A stretch of 63,887 bases of DNA, the filler included, from Olpidium bornovanus S191 (lineage: Eukaryota; Fungi; Olpidiomycota), in NCBI GenBank assembly GCA_017911155.1. It is 32 parts of 32 records of this genome, joined end to end, with 100 filler letters (N's around TTAATTAATTAA, not from the genome) between each part and the next. Parts side by side here need not be neighbours in the genome. Positions count along the whole stretch, not along the records: positions 59,904 to 61,213 come from JAEFCI010012184.1; positions 61,314 to 62,689 come from JAEFCI010003512.1; positions 62,790 to 63,887 come from JAEFCI010012122.1; 29 more parts are not named here. The stretch is one strand, 5' to 3'. Made by a program: the position numbers and the translations under genes. Every line of letters starts with the position of its first letter. The first letter of the stretch is position 1. Of this stretch, positions 59,951-63,887 are shown one piece after another. The notes under the pieces are model-generated. The model was given only the letters and a program-made list of their open reading frames with translations. It had not been told where the DNA came from and made no database searches.

Positions 59951-61213
59951 ATGGAGTGCGTGAAGCTTTTCGTCGACCTTTACCGGACAGGGGAGAAGCT
60001 GGAGATCCCCGCCCTTCTGCATCTTTACAGGAATTTCAACCCGCAGAAGGCGGTCTGCGTGGCGGCTGCGATGGAGAGCTGCCGCGTCTCCGACCAGGAC
60101 GCGACGGACTACCGCTCCGCGTATCACCAGTTGTGCGACTGGATCTACGGGTGGAACGTCACGGGAGGGCCCGAAGAGGGCGGGGGCCCCGAGGAAGGGG
60201 ACGATAATCCCGGGGAAGGGAACGCCGCGGAGTCCGGAAAGGGCGGCGGCACGGCCGGCGGCGCTGAGGGCGTGCCCGAGAAAGGCGGCGACGAGGAGCA
60301 GTTCACGATGACGCGGGTCCCGCGCGGGATCGACCTCACCGAAGTCGTGGAGAAACAGGAGGCCGAGAGGATTTGCCAGACGTTCGAGACTCTCTACGGG
60401 ATGAGCCGCCGCACGATCAAACGGCGGCACCTCGAAATGGAGGAGATGGTTCCCAAGATCGGCCAGCAAATGCAGACCCTCGGGGATCAAATCGTCGGCA
60501 AAGCCAATCCTGAGTACCAGGAAGGCGCCCCTGGGGAGGCGGCGAGGGGCGGTCTCGACGAGGACGTGTGGGCACAGACCGCCGTCGCAATGAAAATGGA
60601 ACTCCAGGAGCGAATTATGCAGGAGGGCGGATATGACACCGGCAAGCGGTATCACGAGGACGAAGAGGAAGAGGGCGACGGAGGAGGCGTGTCTTTGGAG
60701 GGCCGGACGGAGGTGACGCAAAATATCCCGGCGGAAGCTCACGCGGAGGCAGGAACGCGTGCGACAACGCCCAAGCATTCGTCTAAGCCGGCCTCGGCGT
60801 CCAACCCGGCCGAGCAAGGTGGAGAACGCGCGGCGTCGGCTATCCCGCAAAGCGCCGATGACGCGGCGGCGGCCGCGCAAAGCGCGGCGCTTGCAGAAAC
60901 CAAAGAATCGGCTCCAGAATTCGCGGTCGAACTAGACGACGTTGCTCCGCCGCCAATCAGTATGAACCCGGAAAACTATATACTCGGGCTCCAGGACGGC
61001 CCTCCGCCGGAGCCGGAGTCGATAAAACAACCGTTCCCCCGCCTCAGGCTGACGAAGGCTGCCATCGAGACGTCGAAGCGAACGTACGATAGTGCGACGG
61101 CGGCGAAAGCGGCCGCGGCCGCCGAAGCAGAGCTGAGCAAGCTTGCTGCCATCCAGGCGGACATTGACCGTTTATATCAAGAACTTGATGTGACGCTCGA
61201 CTATATCATCATG
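59951..61213 (+). CDS. Hypothetical protein (acidic linkers, C-terminal coiled coil), truncated
   Basis: More than 420 codons open with strong GC3 bias; no family recognised. Confidence 0.6.
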
Positions 61214-62561
61214 NNNNNNNNNNNNNNNNNNNNNNNNNNNNNNNNNNNNNNNNNNNNTTAATTAATTAANNNNNNNNNNNNNNNNNNNNNNNNNNNNNNN
61301 NNNNNNNNNNNNNCATGCCTCGTAGAACCTTACGGTGCCCACTTCACGGCGCAGAGAAGCCCCCCAAGCAAACGGAGAGAAGATGCAGAGCGAGAGAGCA
61401 GGGAGAAGCGTTTGGTGAGAAGTTCGTGACAGGCGATTGGAGAACTTGAGCAGGCGGAAGAGCAGGAACGAAAAGTAGAACTAGGCATCTGTATTTTGGA
61501 ATTAGGAGTTGTTGTGCTGGAACTTTAACTCGTGACAAAGCCGACGCCACCTGACCCCAACTGCCTAGATTATTAAATGAAGTAGTAGGCCGACTTCGCG
61601 GCGGACCCGAACCGCTTGCACAGCAGTTCTAGTTCTAGCAGAAAAACGGGTGGTTACGGTCACGTGGCGTATGTGTTACGGTCACGTGGCGTGACGCTAC
61701 AGTGAAAAGCGAAAAAAAAAACTCCTGTAGACCCTAACCTAACGGTTCGGGAATAATAACCCTACACTTACCGTTTTCCCCAATAAAACGCACGGACCGT
61801 TTGAGAGAAAAAGAGAGATAGACTCTCGAGAGACCTGTAGAGAGCGGCAAGAGTAGGGAGACGGGGATAGTAACAAAACGAGTTTGCCCAAAAAAAACAA
61901 CCCGCGTCCTTTGGCTTTGCAGAAACCCTGGGCCTGAACGACTGGCTTCGTCCTGTCCGAATAAATACAATAGTACATCACCAAACCATTGGTGTCTCCG
62001 CATCAATGCCATCAATGACTCGCCGGATTTAGCTCCATATCCGCCCTTATTTTTCTTGCCGCCTCGAAGTCTTCTCCGGCGCGGATGTCGTTGCGGAACG
62101 AAAATGTACTTCTCTTGCCGGTCGGTCGATTGTAACGTGACGTCGATGCCGTCGATGCCGGCAGCCGTCCAAAACTAAAACGCGGCGTAAGCCAAAGCGT
62201 GCACAGCCAACGCACGCCTTCGTGCACGCGCCTTCCTTCACGCATTTGCTTTCCTCAAGCATCTTCTCTTATCTGAGAACAGACGGTATGCGTGAGCCGA
62301 CGCGCACGCACGTATCGGCTTTTCGCGCTCTGCATTGGGATTTGCGTTCTTTGCATTCTGCTCTCTGCGTTGCGTTTTGCGCTCTGCCTTTGAGAGAAAT
62401 GAATTGAATGATGATGACGCCAGAGAGGCCGGGGACGAGAAGGAACCAAATCCTTGCCGGGAAAAGCCAAAAGACGCGTGAAACTGAAAAAAAAAAAACG
62501 GCGAATAGGAGATTTCCAGTTGGCCGTCGCCGGACCCGAGGACGCGGGAAACTGCCGCAAA

Positions 62562-62600
<39 letters not shown>

Positions 62601-62793
62601 CCGGCCCGCGGCGATGCCAAAAGGGAGGGAAAAAAGGGAGGAAGGGCGGCGGGACGGGGGGGGCGCCCCCACACCACCCCTGCCCCCCCNNNNNNNNNNN
62701 NNNNNNNNNNNNNNNNNNNNNNNNNNNNNNNNNTTAATTAATTAANNNNNNNNNNNNNNNNNNNNNNNNNNNNNNNNNNNNNNNNNNNNATCT

Positions 62794-62829
<36 letters not shown>

Positions 62830-63104
62830 TGGACGCAAACGAGGAAGACGAAATCGCCCCCCCCCCCAACGCCGGGATTCCCGTTACCGGCCCGCGTGGT
62901 GCAGCAACGCCCAGCTTCCGCCCCACCCGCTCCCACCCCGCTCGGGCCGCTCCCAGGCCCGCGAGCGCGTTCTTCGACCGGTGCAGTGGGGGGAGTCGAC
63001 CGCGGGAAAGAGTAAACGGGCGAGAAGGATAGAGAGAGGGAAAGAGAGGGAGGGAGCGAGAGCGGGCGAGCAAACGCAGCTCCGCGGGGTGGAGAGGAGG
63101 TGGG

Positions 63105-63210
63105 GTGCGTTCGTTCATCGGGCTAGCGAGCTCGCGCGCGGAAGGGGGGACGTGCGCACCTCCTCCTGCTGCTGCTGCTCCTCCCGCTCCTCGGGTCAAA
63201 GCGGCCGAAC

Positions 63211-63242
<32 letters not shown>

Positions 63243-63349
63243 CCGTGCGCGTGCAGCTGGTTATGCTGGTGGTGCTGCTGCTGCTGGCTCGGGAAACGGC
63301 CGGTGCTGGAGACGTTGTTCGGTGCCGACTTGATCGGCTGCGCCGGCAT
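63105..63349 (-). CDS. Gln/His/Ala-rich exon of a hypothetical protein
   Basis: MPAQPIKSAPNNVSSTGRFPSQQQQHHQHNQLHAHGQQQQQQQQQQGSAALTRGAGG; CAG-repeat coding pattern. Confidence 0.4.
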
Positions 63350-63605
63350 CTGACGGGGGGGGAAGGGGAAAGGGGGAAAGGGGAGGGGAGGAAGCAACGG
63401 GAGAAGCGGAGACGGCGGCGAGCGGAGGAGGGCGGAAAGCGGAGATGGCGGAGAGGGCAGAGAGAGTGCGCGCGGGGCCGGTCGGGCCGTTTTCTCTCTC
63501 TCGTTCTCTCTCGGACGAAAAAAAAAAAAAAACCGGTGCGAGAGAGAGAGCGGGCGGGGTCGAAGGGGCGGAACCAAACCGACCAAAAAGACAAAAAAGA
63601 AAAAG

Positions 63606-63636
<31 letters not shown>

Positions 63637-63887
63637 CCCCCACCCCCCCCCCCAAAAAACCCCCCCCCCCAAAAAAAAAAAAAAAAAAAAAAAAAAACCC
63701 CGGAAAAAAAAAAAAAAAAAAAAAAAAAAGAAAAAAGAAAACAAAACAAGATCTTGCGAGAAACCGTCCGTGAATGCAATCTCTCTCTCTCTCTCTCGCT
63801 CCCCCGCCTCGTCTCTTTTCTCCCTCTCTTTCCCGGAAGGCTCCTGACGTTCGTGATCTCCAAAACAAAAAAATCCCGTCCCCCCCC

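Noticed and set aside
1-63887. rRNA, tRNA or other structured ncRNA genes
   Set aside because: No conserved rRNA segment or cloverleaf with T-loop/D-loop consensus was recognised by eye; a tRNAscan-SE/Infernal run would be needed to exclude them.

Overview
This window is not one locus. It is 32 short contigs (about 1.1-4.8 kb) joined by 31 artificial 100-bp linkers (44 N + TTAATTAATTAA + 44 N), so nothing is syntenic across a linker. Most contigs come from a GC-rich, intron-rich eukaryote with homopolymer- and microsatellite-filled introns. The gene set (fungal-type Pat1, Ymr1/myotubularin, Cps1 and DUF4100 retroelement, plus gamma-SNAP, CNOT11-like and CCDC191-like genes) points to an early-diverging, probably zoosporic fungus. 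The style resembles a fragmented Olpidium-type draft, which is inference only. Recognisable host genes, nearly all partial: gamma-SNAP, calmodulin, importin-5/Pse1, Pat1, PDI, myotubularin, STN1, FolC/Fol3, DRG2/Rbg2, RPL24, Rad17, carboxypeptidase S, and a CAX pseudogene. Degenerate Ty3/gypsy and Ty1/copia fragments are scattered through the window. Four items stand out. (1) A wholly bacterial-looking contig (55416-56640) carries a CD-NTase-AGS-C cyclase overlapping a SLATT effector gene, i.e. a type I CBASS operon. (2) A frameshifted Fanzor2/TnpB-like RNA-guided nuclease relic (22064-23175) is not visible in any single ORF. (3) A Polinton/virophage-type integrase-chromodomain fragment is fused to a gypsy gag-pro remnant (4545-5210). 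(4) An intron-containing GT8 glycosyltransferase resembles viral P13. 16 of the 62 linker-adjacent contig ends are exactly CATG. All family assignments are from motif recognition by eye; no database search was run.
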